From the IMG/VR virus record IMGVR_UViG_2863231158_000003: a stretch of 64,000 bases of DNA; one strand, 5' to 3'. The notes beneath the pieces were generated by a model. The model saw nothing but the letters and a program-made list of their open reading frames with translations, was not told the origin of the DNA and did not search any database. This stretch comes from a virus (Duplodnaviria; Caudoviricetes). Both the position numbers and the translations under genes were made by a program. Of the stretch, positions 45,571 to 55,864 are shown piece by piece. The stretch's first letter is position 1; each line of letters starts with the position of its first letter.

Positions 45571-46715
45571 GAGGACTCCTGGTCCATGCGGGCGTTGGCG
45601 CGCGCCATGGCGCGGTCGAAGAGGTCGTCGCTGCCCTGCTGCTGACGGGCCGAGAAGGGGATCACGTCGGCGCCGGTGGCGAGTTGACGGATCTTGGAGA
45701 AGGCGAACTGGAGGGTGTTCGCGGTCACGGGCTTGCTGGTTTCACCGAGCTGCTCGAGCGCGGACCACAGCTCGTCGGGGTTGGTCTCGTTGGCGAGCGC
45801 GTCGGCGATCGTGGTGCGCACCTGGCGGCGCCGGTAGCTGTTGCCGCGGGCGTAGCACTCGAGGAAGCGGTCGGTCATGCGGTCCGGTAGGGGCCTCTCG
45901 CCCGTCTGCTCGACGGTGGGGCGGCCGGACGTCTGCCGGGGGGTAGGGGGGGTTCCCTTCCCTTCCCTGTTCCCTTCCTTTCCTTTCCCTTCCGTCAGTG
46001 AATGGTTCATGGAAGAAAACTCACCGTCGGTATCCGTCGGAGCATCCAAGTTCGACGGAGTGTGAGATTCCTTCACGGGGTCATTCAGTGAACGGTTCAG
46101 TGAATCGTTCAGTGAATCCTCAATGCCTGCCAGTCCGGCGGGCGGAATGAAGCCCTCCTCGTCATCGGCTACACCCCGGCTCCGCCTGCAGACGCGGTGC
46201 ACGGCACGGACGTTGGACGGATGGTCGGTGCCTCCCGCGGCCACCGGACGAATGTGGTCGACCCACAGGTTGTGATCATCGTTGGCGACCAAGCGCCGCG
46301 GGATCTCGCCGCCGCACAGTTGGCACACCCAGCCGTCACGGCGGGCATACATCTCCCGCACCTGCCACGCCCCGGTCGACGGCGGCACCAGCTTGCTCTT
46401 CTGCGGCCGGTTGATCCGCTGGTGCTTGCGGAAGTTGACGACCACCGCCATCTGCTGCCGGGCAACCCCGCCGACATAGGGGAAGACCAGTCCCGTATCC
46501 GTCAGGCACCGCATGAGCTGATCGACTTCCTTGGGGCCAAGGTCGTCGTCGTACATGAACGCCTGCGCCTTGATGTAGGCCGGCGTCCAGCGCAGGATCC
46601 CCTCGTCATCCGCCATGTTGAACGTGGCGATGAACAGCAGCCGGGCATCCCGCGGGATCGTGCCGAGGAGCTCGTCTTCCCACAGCTCCGGTTTCACCGT
46701 GCGGATGCGCGGCAT
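45567..46715 (-). CDS. Phage replication initiator with an internal HNH-like domain
   Basis: MPRIRTVKPELWEDE...RLLFIA...ADDEG...NFRKHQRIN N-terminus; RDGWVCQLC...VDHIRP...GG; internal iterons. Confidence 0.8.
   Translation of the reverse strand: MPRIRTVKPELWEDELLGTIPRDARLLFIATFNMADDEGILRWTPAYIKAQAFMYDDDLGPKEVDQLMRCLTDTGLVFPYVGGVARQQMAVVVNFRKHQRINRPQKSKLVPPSTGAWQVREMYARRDGWVCQLCGGEIPRRLVANDDHNLWVDHIRPVAAGGTDHPSNVRAVHRVCRRSRGVADDEEGFIPPAGLAGIEDSLNDSLNRSLNDPVKESHTPSNLDAPTDTDGEFSSMNHSLTEGKGKEGNREGKGTPPTPRQTSGRPTVEQTGERPLPDRMTDRFLECYARGNSYRRRQVRTTIADALANETNPDELWSALEQLGETSKPVTANTLQFAFSKIRQLATGADVIPFSARQQQGSDDLFDRAMARANARMDQESS
45953..46116. repeat. Probable replication origin: TTCAGTGAA iterons and a polypyrimidine tract
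   Basis: TTCAGTGAA at 46084, 46096, 46108; variants at 45994 and 46006; C/T tract at 45953-45993. Confidence 0.7.
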
Positions 46716-47491
46716 CAGTTGCCACCGCCCGAGCTGCGGGTCTCCGGCAGAAAGGCGACGAGCTCGGCGCTCATAGCCAGCCCGGCGGCGTGGGCGGCTT
46801 GCGCTATGACGTCGCCCTGGAAGCCAGCGGTGAGGGCCTGCCTCAGTTGGCGGCGGAAGGTGTGATCAGCCCAGTCGGCGGGGGGAGCCGGATCGCGCTT
46901 CTCCCAGCCAGCCCACCATGCCGGATAGGCGCCCCTCGCCCGCTCGAACTCCTCGTCGGTGGGCACGGCGCGGTGCGCGCGCTCTTCCTCCGTCAGGTAC
47001 TCAAGCGGCAGGTAGTCGGTCGGATCAATCCCAAGGTCCGATCCAGCCTGGAAGACGATCTCGGTCAGATCGAGCTGTGCCGACAGGCCGCGGTTCAGCA
47101 TCGCGAACAGGCGACGGGCGAAGTAGCGCACATCGCCGTCGACAGGCGCGGGACTCCCTGTGCGTTCCCACGCCCAACGCCACGTCGCGTACAAGTGTGC
47201 TGCGACCAGTTCACGCTGCTTGCTCGCCGCCTGCTTGTCGGCGACGGCCTGCCGGAATGCTTCCTGGTCCACGTCAGTGATGGGTTGTGCGTTGGGCATG
47301 CTGCTGGTTTTGCCTGCGTTGCAGTCGGTGCAGGAGGTGACGAGGTTGTCGGGCTTGTCGCTGCCGCCGAGCGCCTGCGGGATGACGTGGTCGACGTTGA
47401 GTTTCACGCCGGGCGCCGTCGCGCCGCAGTACCTGCAGGCGTGGTTATCCCGACGCAGTACCTCGTACCTGAGGCGCTTGGAGACGGCCAT
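46715..47491 (-). CDS. HNH endonuclease domain protein
   Basis: LRYEVLRRDNHACRYCG...VDHVIP...NLVTSCTDCNAGK. Confidence 0.9.
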   Translation of the reverse strand: MAVSKRLRYEVLRRDNHACRYCGATAPGVKLNVDHVIPQALGGSDKPDNLVTSCTDCNAGKTSSMPNAQPITDVDQEAFRQAVADKQAASKQRELVAAHLYATWRWAWERTGSPAPVDGDVRYFARRLFAMLNRGLSAQLDLTEIVFQAGSDLGIDPTDYLPLEYLTEEERAHRAVPTDEEFERARGAYPAWWAGWEKRDPAPPADWADHTFRRQLRQALTAGFQGDVIAQAAHAAGLAMSAELVAFLPETRSSGGGN

Positions 47492-47578
47492 GGGTGTTCT
47501 TCTTCCTGGCGTTGTGGATGGGGGCTGGGGCGGGGAAGCGGGCGGCGCTCGGGGGCCCGCGGGCGGGGCGGGTGGCGG

Positions 47579-48259
47579 TCATGCGGCGGGCTTCTTCTTG
47601 GTGGTGCCGGTGCGGCGTAGTCGGTTGTCTGCGTCTGTGTTCGCCTTGCGGCATGGCTTGCACGCTTCCTCGCCGTTCTTGCGGTGGCGGAGGTAGCCGT
47701 TGCGGGTGCCGCAGTAGCCGCGTTCGGGCTGGTCGGTGAGGTGTGCTGGGAGGACGCATTCCTTGACGCCGCAGTTGGTCAGCACGGGGCCTTCTGGGCG
47801 GCGTCCTCGGTCTGCGACGAAGGCTGCTTGCCGCGGCGAGTAGCGGCTGCCGCCGAGGTACGTTTGTTCGCTGCCAGTCCATGCCAGATGGCCACCGAAG
47901 AGGCGGATGGTGTTGTCTTCGACGATGGTGTGCAGGGTGCGTTCGCGGTGTGGTGCGCGGGTGCGGTCCGCCGCGTCTACCAGCTGTTCAGGAGCGGTCG
48001 CACCGCGTTGGACTGATCGTCGGAGGCTGCGGCGTTCGTCTTCGGTGAGCCCGCCGAAGATGCCGTCGGAGATGCCCTCGTTGAGGGCGTATCGCAGACA
48101 GGCGTCAGCTACGGGGCAGCGACGGCACGCTGCTTTGGCTTGTTCGATCCTCAGGGTCCACGGCCCTGTAGTGCCGTTGGGGAAGAAGAGCTCGGGGTCT
48201 TCATTGCGGCAGTGCGCTGTGGCGCGCCAGTCATGGGTGGTGCCGGTGTCGTTCCTCAT
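47579..48259 (-). CDS. WhiB-family regulator with C-terminal extension
   Basis: WR..AHC..EDPELFFP...AKAACRRCPV..ACL..AL...GIFGG. Confidence 0.92.
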   Translation of the reverse strand: MRNDTGTTHDWRATAHCRNEDPELFFPNGTTGPWTLRIEQAKAACRRCPVADACLRYALNEGISDGIFGGLTEDERRSLRRSVQRGATAPEQLVDAADRTRAPHRERTLHTIVEDNTIRLFGGHLAWTGSEQTYLGGSRYSPRQAAFVADRGRRPEGPVLTNCGVKECVLPAHLTDQPERGYCGTRNGYLRHRKNGEEACKPCRKANTDADNRLRRTGTTKKKPAA

Positions 48260-49056
48260 GCGGCGACCGCCTGTTGTTGGGCGCGCTTGCGTGCGCGGGT
48301 GACGGTGCGGGGGTGGCAGCCGATGCGTTCGGCGATCTGGGCGGTGGTGAGGCCTTCGCTGGTGAGGCGGGCGACGCGGCGGGGGTCGATGTCCGGTGGT
48401 GCTTGGCCGGGGCGCTGGCGGCCGTGGGCGGTTTCCGGCTTGGCGTCGGGGTTGTCGATGTTGTCGTCCCAGGCGAGGGGGCCGTGCCAGCCGTGTTTGC
48501 GGGCGTGGTTGCGTGCGCGTTGGTTGGTGCCGGGGGTGCGGCTGAGTTCCCGGTAGATCCGTGTGGTGGTGTGGGCGGTAGTGGCGCGGACGTGTTCGTA
48601 TTCGCCGCGGCTGATGCGGCCGACGGCGCTCACGTGGAGTTTGAGGTGCGGTGCGAGCGAGGCGAGGCTGTAGCCGATGGCGGCGAGTGCGCGGATGCGG
48701 CGTACCGTGCCGGTGGCGTCGACGTCGCGGAGGTCGTCCGGGGCTTGCGTGATGGGGATGTTGAGGACGGCGCGGGCTGTTGCGGGCGACACGGTCGCCT
48801 GGCCGTCTTCCAGGCCCCTGATGGTGGTGTGGGCTAGGCGGGCGGCGCGACTGATCTGTGCTTGTGTCCAGCCGTGGGCGTAGAGGCGTTCGACGTGGTT
48901 GCGGGTTTGGGTGGCGTCGTGGCGGCGCCGTTGTCCGCGGTGGTGGTCGAGGCGAAGGCGGGCCATGTAGCGGTAGTTGGCTTGTTCGCAGGCCGTCTCG
49001 CGGCAGCCCCGTAGGTAGCAGGCGCGGCTCGGGGTGTGGTCGGCTTCAGAAGTCAC
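48256..49056 (-). CDS. Multi-HTH DNA-binding protein
   Basis: GWTQAQISRAA, RRIRALAAIGYS, TTAQIAERIGCHPRTV. Confidence 0.75.
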   Translation of the reverse strand: MTSEADHTPSRACYLRGCRETACEQANYRYMARLRLDHHRGQRRRHDATQTRNHVERLYAHGWTQAQISRAARLAHTTIRGLEDGQATVSPATARAVLNIPITQAPDDLRDVDATGTVRRIRALAAIGYSLASLAPHLKLHVSAVGRISRGEYEHVRATTAHTTTRIYRELSRTPGTNQRARNHARKHGWHGPLAWDDNIDNPDAKPETAHGRQRPGQAPPDIDPRRVARLTSEGLTTAQIAERIGCHPRTVTRARKRAQQQAVAA

Positions 49057-49307
49057 TGCTTCTCCTCTCCGGTGTGGGGCTGGTTGGTGGCGTGGATGCG
49101 GCGGCATTCCCACAGGTCGTCGGTGTTGGTGCCGGGCTGGTTGTCGGGTGCGGCGGGGATGCGCGGGCTCCGGCGGGAGCGGACCCAGTGGAGGGCGGCC
49201 TGGACGCCGAGGGCGACGCCGGCTGCGGTGGCACCGCAGACGATGCAGACGGTGACAATGGCGCCGCCGACGATCGCGTCCACGGTCTCGACGATCTCGG
49301 CCATCAC
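49053..49307 (-). CDS. Small membrane protein
   Basis: One TM; coupled ORF. Confidence 0.55.
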   Translation of the reverse strand: MMAEIVETVDAIVGGAIVTVCIVCGATAAGVALGVQAALHWVRSRRSPRIPAAPDNQPGTNTDDLWECRRIHATNQPHTGEEKQ

Positions 49308-49404
49308 GTCCGCCTCCTGTGCCTGCGGTCGGCGTGGGCGTATGCGATGGCGGTCGCGGAGGCGATCAGGCCGAGGACGCCGACGAGGAACACGATGCGG
49401 CAGC

Positions 49405-49776
49405 TCATGCCGCCCTCCCTCGGGCCCGGGCGATACGGCGCTGGGCGGCGATGGCCCGCCCCTTGCCGGTGATCCGCCAGACGCCGATGCGGTGCCCGTG
49501 CGTGCTGGCCTGGGTCGAGGGCACGGTGCGGCCGGTGTGGGCGATGATCCCGGCGCCGCGGAGGCTGTTGATGGCGGCGCCGAGGAAGCCGTGTCCGAGT
49601 TCGGGCAGGACGTCGCGCAGGTCGTTGCAGGACCATTCGTCGTGGCGTTGCCCGAAGTGGAATACGGCCTGTTCGACGAGGAACTGGTCCCACGACGATT
49701 GGTCGGCGATCTCCTCCAGGAGGAGGTCCTTCTCGGCGGTGGCGAGGCGTTCGGCTGGGGTGAGCTTGCGGGCCAT
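49405..49776 (-). CDS. Hypothetical protein (wHTH-like)
   Basis: AAGGAG RBS; WSCNDLR...STHGHRIGVW. Confidence 0.7.
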   Translation of the reverse strand: MARKLTPAERLATAEKDLLLEEIADQSSWDQFLVEQAVFHFGQRHDEWSCNDLRDVLPELGHGFLGAAINSLRGAGIIAHTGRTVPSTQASTHGHRIGVWRITGKGRAIAAQRRIARARGRAA

Positions 49777-49848
49777 GGCGGGCTCCTTGTGATGTCCTTG
49801 GTGGTGGCAGCCCCGCATGGCCCGCGGGGCTGCCTGACGGGGCGCGGG

Positions 49849-50817
49849 CTACTGCTGGGCGCTCTTGAGGGCCATGCCGCGTTCCTTGATGTAGGCGCCG
49901 AGGCTGGTCGGCTGGCCCGTCTTGGGGTGCATCAGCGGCGTAGCGAGCGCACTGGACGCCTCGACCTCCCGATAGAGGGCGAGGAGGCTTTTCGGGGTGG
50001 CGTCGTCTGAGCTTGCGGCATCGATCCACGTCGTGGCGTCGATCTCCTTGCCGCCGTCGCGCAGCCAGTCCAGGTAGGGCTTGGCGATGTCGCGCGCCCC
50101 GTTGGGCTGGTTGAGGACGAGGCCCCTGAAGGCGGGGCAGCGGGACTTGATGAAGCGGAGCCGGTTGGTCTCGTCCATTTCGGCGGCTACACCGAACTCG
50201 AACTCGATGCCCTTACGCTGCTCCGCGAGCAGGCCCTTGCTGACGGGAGTCTTGCTGCCCTTTTCCAGGACCCACTTCTCCGAAGCCCGCATCGTTGCCA
50301 CGACGTGGCCGGGGTACGACATGAGGGCCTCGATCATGTCGTCCTGGATCTCGCCACCGTCCTTCCAGGCAGCGAACTTGTTCCCGCTGTACTTGCTGTC
50401 GGCGACCTGGGAGACCTGGTCAAGGGTGCCTTCGGCGCCCTTCCAGAAGTGGGTCAGAGAGTCGATCATGACGACCGGGTAGCCGGCCGCGGCAGCCGCC
50501 GCCAGGGCCTTGATGAGGCCGCGCGGGTTGTAGCGGCGCATCGGGAAGTGGTCGAACTCGACCGGTAGGTCGTTGACGTAGAGGGTGGCGGCATTGCGTT
50601 CGGTGTCGATGACGGCGAACCGCTCGCCCTCAGCGAAGCCGCCGGCGGTGGACAGCCCGGTCCACGTCTTGCCGCACCCGGAGGGGCCCTGAATGGACAG
50701 GCGGCCCTTCTGGCCATCCTTGCTGGCTGGTCGGAAGACAACCGGTCCGTCGTCGTATTCGTCGGTTCGCTGCGCCTGCCGTCCGGCGCGGACGGGCTGG
50801 CCGAGGGGCTGGGTCAT
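49849..50817 (-). CDS. AAA ATPase, Sak4-like recombinase
   Basis: Walker A GPSGCGKT, IDTE, IDSLTHFW, KSR; next to the exonuclease. Confidence 0.82.
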   Translation of the reverse strand: MTQPLGQPVRAGRQAQRTDEYDDGPVVFRPASKDGQKGRLSIQGPSGCGKTWTGLSTAGGFAEGERFAVIDTERNAATLYVNDLPVEFDHFPMRRYNPRGLIKALAAAAAAGYPVVMIDSLTHFWKGAEGTLDQVSQVADSKYSGNKFAAWKDGGEIQDDMIEALMSYPGHVVATMRASEKWVLEKGSKTPVSKGLLAEQRKGIEFEFGVAAEMDETNRLRFIKSRCPAFRGLVLNQPNGARDIAKPYLDWLRDGGKEIDATTWIDAASSDDATPKSLLALYREVEASSALATPLMHPKTGQPTSLGAYIKERGMALKSAQQ

Positions 50818-50829
50818 GTGCGGGTTCTC

Positions 50830-51666
50830 CTAGGCGTACTGGCGCTCGACCCATGAGGGGAGCGAGGTGAACGGGGACTCGAGATAGCCCGGCCATTCGC
50901 CGGATTCGCGGCACAGGGCGTAGGTGTTCAGGGCCCGGTCGTTGAGGTGGCGGCCGATGCTGCGGGCTACCGGGTCGCAGGTCGTGACGACGACGAGGTA
51001 GGGCGGTTCTTTCTCCTGGAGCACGAACTGGAACGGCCGCTCGGGGTCGATCAGGTCGAGGGCTACGCCCGCGTCGAGGTAGTACTCCTGCTGCTGGTGA
51101 TAACCCCAGTCGTGGATCACCTTGGGCAGGTCGACGGGGTTCGCTGACTTCGTGGTCTTGTAGTCGACGATCTGTCCGTCGTGGCGCAGCCAGTCGAAGC
51201 GGGCCCGCCGCCAGATCCCGTGGTCCTCCCAGAATGCGGACTGTTCGGCGATGCCGGAGTCCGGGTCGAGGAATCGGGCCGCTTCGGGGTCTGCCCACAG
51301 GGCGGCGACCATGGCGTCGAGCTGCTCCAGCTGACTGCGCTTCATGGGGATCTTGCCTTCGGCGCGGATCGCGGCGACCTCTGCCTTGACGGCGTTGGTG
51401 GTCCACTTCTCCGCGTCGACCAGCACGAGTTCGGGCCCGTCGCCGAGGACTCGAGTGTGTGCTGCGGTACCGAGTTCGAAGTCCTTCTTCACCGGTTCCG
51501 GGTGCTCGGACCAGTACTTGAATTTGGCGGGGCATTCGGTGGCGAGTTTGCGGGCGCCGGTGGAGGAGAGGCTGCCGCCAGGGATGGGGTCGCTGTGGTA
51601 GAGATCGGCGGAGATGTTGTACAGGCCCGGCTGCACCTCCTTCGGGGCCTCGACGGTGGCGGTCAT
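50830..51666 (-). CDS. RecE/exonuclease VIII-like PD-(D/E)XK nuclease
   Basis: LSSTG, GTAAH, EQS.FW, RARFD, IVDYKT, YHQQ..YY. Confidence 0.9.
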   Translation of the reverse strand: MTATVEAPKEVQPGLYNISADLYHSDPIPGGSLSSTGARKLATECPAKFKYWSEHPEPVKKDFELGTAAHTRVLGDGPELVLVDAEKWTTNAVKAEVAAIRAEGKIPMKRSQLEQLDAMVAALWADPEAARFLDPDSGIAEQSAFWEDHGIWRRARFDWLRHDGQIVDYKTTKSANPVDLPKVIHDWGYHQQQEYYLDAGVALDLIDPERPFQFVLQEKEPPYLVVVTTCDPVARSIGRHLNDRALNTYALCRESGEWPGYLESPFTSLPSWVERQYA

Positions 51667-51992
51667 GCGGCGGCCTTCGCGCAGGTCTCGCAGCGTCCGT
51701 CTCGGGTGAAGGGGCCTGCGGTGTCGCCGCACGGGCAGGCCAGGGGTGCTTGGCCGGTGGCGATGCGGTGGAGTTTGGCGAGTCCTTCTTCGTCGTAGCG
51801 GGCCAGGTGCAGGGCTTCGGAGAGTGCCGGGTATGCGGTGCGGAGGATGGCCCGGTTGGTGACGTCGGCGGCGTCGATGGCGGCCATGAGGTGTTTGGTG
51901 AAGCTGCCGGGTTCGGCGCCGCCACGGCGGTCGTAGCGCCAGAGGACGTGTCGGGCGGTTCCTGCCGGGATGATCGGGTTTGTGGTGCTCAT
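51663..51992 (-). CDS. Hypothetical protein
   Basis: PGSFTKHLMAAIDAAD..NRAIL...YP motif. Confidence 0.7.
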   Translation of the reverse strand: MSTTNPIIPAGTARHVLWRYDRRGGAEPGSFTKHLMAAIDAADVTNRAILRTAYPALSEALHLARYDEEGLAKLHRIATGQAPLACPCGDTAGPFTRDGRCETCAKAAA

Positions 51993-52154
51993 GTGCTACT
52001 CCAAATGGATGTGGGGTGCCAGGCCGCCGCAGAACGGGGGGTGCGGCGGCCTGGCTGCGGCGGAGCTGGAGGGGTGTGCTCTACGCCGCGTCTGGGTGGG
52101 TGGTGGTTGGTGGCCGGACTCGCTGACCGCTATCCATCCAGCGAGCCCGGCGGT

Positions 52155-52625
52155 CTAGGCGGCCGGGCCGGTCTTCAGGGCCCAGGCGGGGACGTGCGCC
52201 GGATCGGTGCTGCCGAACGCCTGCTGGAGGGTGAGGGCCTGGATGGGTTCGGTGGCCTGATCATCGGGATCGCTGGTGTCGCGGTACACGGGCGGCACCC
52301 GGACCGCGGCCGCGTTGGCCTCGGCGGCCAGGTAGGGGGCCAGCTGTTGCTTGAGGCCGTCGGCGCGTTGGGTTTCGAGACGGACCCGCTCCTGCAGCTG
52401 CCCGACCTGCGTGCGTGTGGTTCGCAGGTCGTGGAGGGCTCCGCTGACGTCGATGCCGGCCTGGTCGAGTTGGGCCTCGAGCTCGGTGGTTCCGGCCCGC
52501 AGCTTCCTGATCTCAGCGAAGGATGCGGCGATCGTCCGGTAGGCGTCGTCGAGTTCGCCCCGAAGCTGTGTGGGTGTCTTGCCGCGGTGTCGTCCGAGGC
52601 TGCGGAGGCGGGGCAGGCGGCTCAT
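52155..52625 (-). CDS. Hypothetical coiled-coil protein
   Basis: ATGA-coupled ORF. Confidence 0.65.
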   Translation of the reverse strand: MSRLPRLRSLGRHRGKTPTQLRGELDDAYRTIAASFAEIRKLRAGTTELEAQLDQAGIDVSGALHDLRTTRTQVGQLQERVRLETQRADGLKQQLAPYLAAEANAAAVRVPPVYRDTSDPDDQATEPIQALTLQQAFGSTDPAHVPAWALKTGPAA

Positions 52626-53299
52626 GACTCGCCTCCCTCGTCGAGGTGGCCGAGCCCGAATCGGTAGAGGAGCTCCACCTCGATGCCCTCGTGGCCGGTC
52701 TCAAGGAACTGGTGAAGGTCGGCGAGCCGCTCCTCCCCGGTCATGACGCCGCCTCCTTGGCGGTCATGCGGGCGTCGAATTCGCTGTAGGTCTCGGTGAG
52801 CCCCGCGATGATCGACTCTGTGTAGTTCGGGGAGAACGCCTGATGGACGGTGGCCACGGCGGACAGGTAGCCGTCGACCTGCGCCGCGGTCCACCGGGAC
52901 TCGTCCTTGCCGAACGCCCGGTGGGCGATCGCATCGGCGCGGGCCAGAGCGTCCTCTTCCAGGTCCGCGCGGGGCCGAGGATCCACCGGGGCAGTCATGA
53001 CGTCACCGCCCGAGCCGCGCCGCGCAGGGCGGCGAGGACGTCGCTCTGTGTGCGGCCCGGCATCCGTTCCCACGGGACGACGAGTTCCTCGCCGAGTTGG
53101 ATGACCAGGGCGTCCCATGCCTGGAGGGTGGCTTCCTCGGCCGCCGGGTCGATGCCGGGCTTCACGAACCCGGCCGCCCGATCGATAGCGAAGATCATCG
53201 AGTTGCGTTCGGGATCCCACCCCTCCTCCTCCTCCAGCAGAACCGCCGCCCGGTACAGGACGCTGGCGACACGCGAGCGAGTCACAGACAAAGTCACCA

Positions 53300-53881
53300 C
53301 TACGCCACCGCCTTCACGCTCGTGCCGCTGGCGGTGAACGCCGAGGTCTGCCGGTGGTCGCGCCTCACGCGGCCGAGCCAAGTCCTCCACGTGATGGGGC
53401 CGTGGCACTTGCGGTACGGGTCGTGGAACCAGGAACGGCGATACGCCAGCCCACCGCAGTCAGGGCACGCGATCTGAGGTCCGACCGGAGGCCTCCCTCC
53501 GTTCGCACCGAAGGCTTCCTGCCGCTGGAACTCGTCCGGCCGCTCAAACTCCAGGTAGCCCTCGATCACAGTGGCTTCCTTGAGCGGGATGTCCGTCCAG
53601 TCGTCGACCCAGTAGGCCAGGGCGTCGTCCTCGTTCTCGGCCTGCACGAAGAGCACCCGGGTGATGGTCTCGGTGACGATGATCGGGTAGCTGCGTTCGT
53701 TGATGCCCCACGCGTTCACGGGTGTTGAGTCGTCGAGAAGTTCCTGCACCTGCGGGTCCGGTTCGGCGAGCACGGGGCGGGGCCACTTGCTTCCGAGGTA
53801 CTCGTGCGCGCCGAGGTGCTTCAGGTTGCGGTCACACGTTTGGTAGCTGCTGTCGGGCTTCGGTTCTCCGCACTTCATCAC
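53300..53881 (-). CDS. Hypothetical protein
   Basis: Coupled early-operon ORF with Cys motifs. Confidence 0.65.
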   Translation of the reverse strand: MMKCGEPKPDSSYQTCDRNLKHLGAHEYLGSKWPRPVLAEPDPQVQELLDDSTPVNAWGINERSYPIIVTETITRVLFVQAENEDDALAYWVDDWTDIPLKEATVIEGYLEFERPDEFQRQEAFGANGGRPPVGPQIACPDCGGLAYRRSWFHDPYRKCHGPITWRTWLGRVRRDHRQTSAFTASGTSVKAVA

Positions 53882-54129
53882 GCCACCTCGGGCAGGGTTT
53901 TGAGGGATTTCATGCGCCGCGTCCAGGCGGCGAGCCGGGCCACTTGCTCGGCGAGGTTGTCGAGCGTTTCGGCGGGGCTGTCGGTGACACTGATCGCGAC
54001 CGCACCAGCGCCTTCGCCGATGACGAGGCGGGCTGTGGGCGCACCGTCGAACAGACTGGGGCCGACTTCGATGCGGACAGGCCCGTCATTCAAGGCGACG
54101 GTCACACCGCCCACGATCTTCGCGGTCAT
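53878..54129 (-). CDS. Hypothetical protein
   Basis: ATGA coupling. Confidence 0.65.
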   Translation of the reverse strand: MTAKIVGGVTVALNDGPVRIEVGPSLFDGAPTARLVIGEGAGAVAISVTDSPAETLDNLAEQVARLAAWTRRMKSLKTLPEVA

Positions 54130-54611
54130 CGCGCCTCCCCGGCAGGTACGCTGTAGCTGTCGTCCCAGTAGTGCCGTTTGTCAGCAGTCCGGTGATCGCC
54201 CCGGTGCCGGATCGGGAGACTGCAGTGGGTGCCACGCCTCGACACTGACGGGCATGTCGCCGCCCCCTCCAGCTCTGCGTTCCGGGCCCGCAGGCGGCGG
54301 ACCTCCGCCAGCAGGGCGGGCATGTGGTCGTGGGCGTCGGCGATGAACAGGGCGATCCCGCCTGCCCAGTCCGGCAGCTCCGCGAGGACCTCGCCCGACT
54401 CGTGGTGACGCACCACGTAGCGCCCGAACCGGTCCGGGGTCCCCTCGACGTACTCGCTGCGCCACTCACCGCCGTACCAGTCCCCCGGATGCGACATCTC
54501 GATCTCGTCGAGCTCCTCGACCGTCAGCACCGGGTCGGAGCGGCCGAGCGGCACCGGCAGCGCACCCCGCTCCCGCACCGCAGCAGCCAGGTCGGTGATC
54601 GGATCAGTCAC
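54126..54611 (-). CDS. Hypothetical protein
   Basis: FIADAHDHMPALLAEVRRLR phage motif. Confidence 0.7.
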   Translation of the reverse strand: MTDPITDLAAAVRERGALPVPLGRSDPVLTVEELDEIEMSHPGDWYGGEWRSEYVEGTPDRFGRYVVRHHESGEVLAELPDWAGGIALFIADAHDHMPALLAEVRRLRARNAELEGAATCPSVSRRGTHCSLPIRHRGDHRTADKRHYWDDSYSVPAGEAR

Positions 54612-54859
54612 GACGCCTCCTTGGGACGGTGGTTGGTGGCGGCGAGGGCGGCAACATGCTCAGCCCAGCCGGGATAGTCGGCCGCTGTCGAGCAGGCCTC
54701 GGGGTGCTCGACCGCGAGCCGCTCCCACGTGTGGTCCAGCGGATCGGCGAGATGCCGCATCTCCGCCCCACGCCCCGACAGCCGAACCGCCTCGGCTCCC
54801 AGCGCAGGCAGTGCACGATCCAGACGCTCGATCTGGGGCGGGGTATCGATCGCCATCAC
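54608..54859 (-). CDS. Hypothetical protein
   Basis: Coupled ORF. Confidence 0.55.
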   Translation of the reverse strand: MMAIDTPPQIERLDRALPALGAEAVRLSGRGAEMRHLADPLDHTWERLAVEHPEACSTAADYPGWAEHVAALAATNHRPKEAS

Positions 54860-55635
54860 CGGCCACCCGCCTCGTCAGACTTGGCGTCACCGAGGGCCGC
54901 TCGCCGCACTGGCTTGACCCATTCAGCAACCGGGACCGGGTTCTCCCACCGAACAGCGTTCCGCTGCTCGCGATCACACAGGTCAAGGACCCTGGAGAGC
55001 CGACGATTCAACCCGTCTCGCTCGCTGCGCAGCTGGTCGATCTGCTTGGCCTGCTCGGTGATCTGCTGGTAGTAGCGGTCCGCGGCGGCAGCCTTACCGC
55101 GCAGGAGCTCCAGATCGGCGTCACGCTCACCCAGCAGCCCCGCAAGGCGGACAGACGTCTCCTGCGCTGCGTCACGCTCGACACCGACCGCAGCCAACTC
55201 ACCGCGCAGATCGTCAATCACTGCACTGCGTTGCCGCGCCTGACGGGACAGCTCCTGCCGCAGACGGGCAACGAGCCCCCGCGTGCGGCCCAACTCCCAG
55301 CTGGCCGCCTCAAACTGCTCGTGATAGCTGTTGGCCTTACGCCAGCCGATGCCCGACCACTTCCGCTGCCAAGCGACCTCGACGAGCAGGTCATAGACCG
55401 CTTCCGGGGCTTCCGCGATGAACGCGGCATCCGCGCGGTCCTGCGCGCCGCCACCGAAGACCGCCAGCGGGCTTCCGGACTCGTCGGTGACCACCCCACC
55501 GCGGACGTTCGCCTTCCACGGCCCCGGCGTCACGGCATCGACGAGGCCGCGTACCGCCTTAATACGTTCGTCGCTCAGGGGCCTGTACGGGTCGGCTTCG
55601 CGTTCCGGCATCGGGCGCTCACTCATCACCGTCAC
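54856..55635 (-). CDS. Hypothetical protein with coiled coil (Ead/Ea22-like motif)
   Basis: TPGPW...ADAAFIAEAP...LL.EV. Confidence 0.7.
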   Translation of the reverse strand: MTVMSERPMPEREADPYRPLSDERIKAVRGLVDAVTPGPWKANVRGGVVTDESGSPLAVFGGGAQDRADAAFIAEAPEAVYDLLVEVAWQRKWSGIGWRKANSYHEQFEAASWELGRTRGLVARLRQELSRQARQRSAVIDDLRGELAAVGVERDAAQETSVRLAGLLGERDADLELLRGKAAAADRYYQQITEQAKQIDQLRSERDGLNRRLSRVLDLCDREQRNAVRWENPVPVAEWVKPVRRAALGDAKSDEAGGR

Positions 55636-55864
55636 CGCCCTCGAAGTCGCGCAGGCTGATGACGTCGTCGGGCCGGATGCGGTCCGGGACCGCCGCCAGC
55701 TCCCCGTACTCCGTCAGCACCCGCGACACCCCGTCGAGGACCGCGTCCGCGGGGACGCCCCTGTAGAGGTCGAGGACCACGGCCCCCAGCTCATCCACCA
55801 GAGCCGCCCGCTCGGCCGACTCCAGCCGGGCCCGCCAGCCGATCGCATCCCGCACCGCGCTCAT
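55619..55864 (-). CDS. Hypothetical protein
   Basis: Coupled ORF. Confidence 0.6.
   Translation of the reverse strand: MSAVRDAIGWRARLESAERAALVDELGAVVLDLYRGVPADAVLDGVSRVLTEYGELAAVPDRIRPDDVISLRDFEGGDGDE

Noticed and set aside
46170-46360. Intein in the replication initiator
   Set aside because: No recognisable intein splice-junction motifs flank the HNH-like insert.
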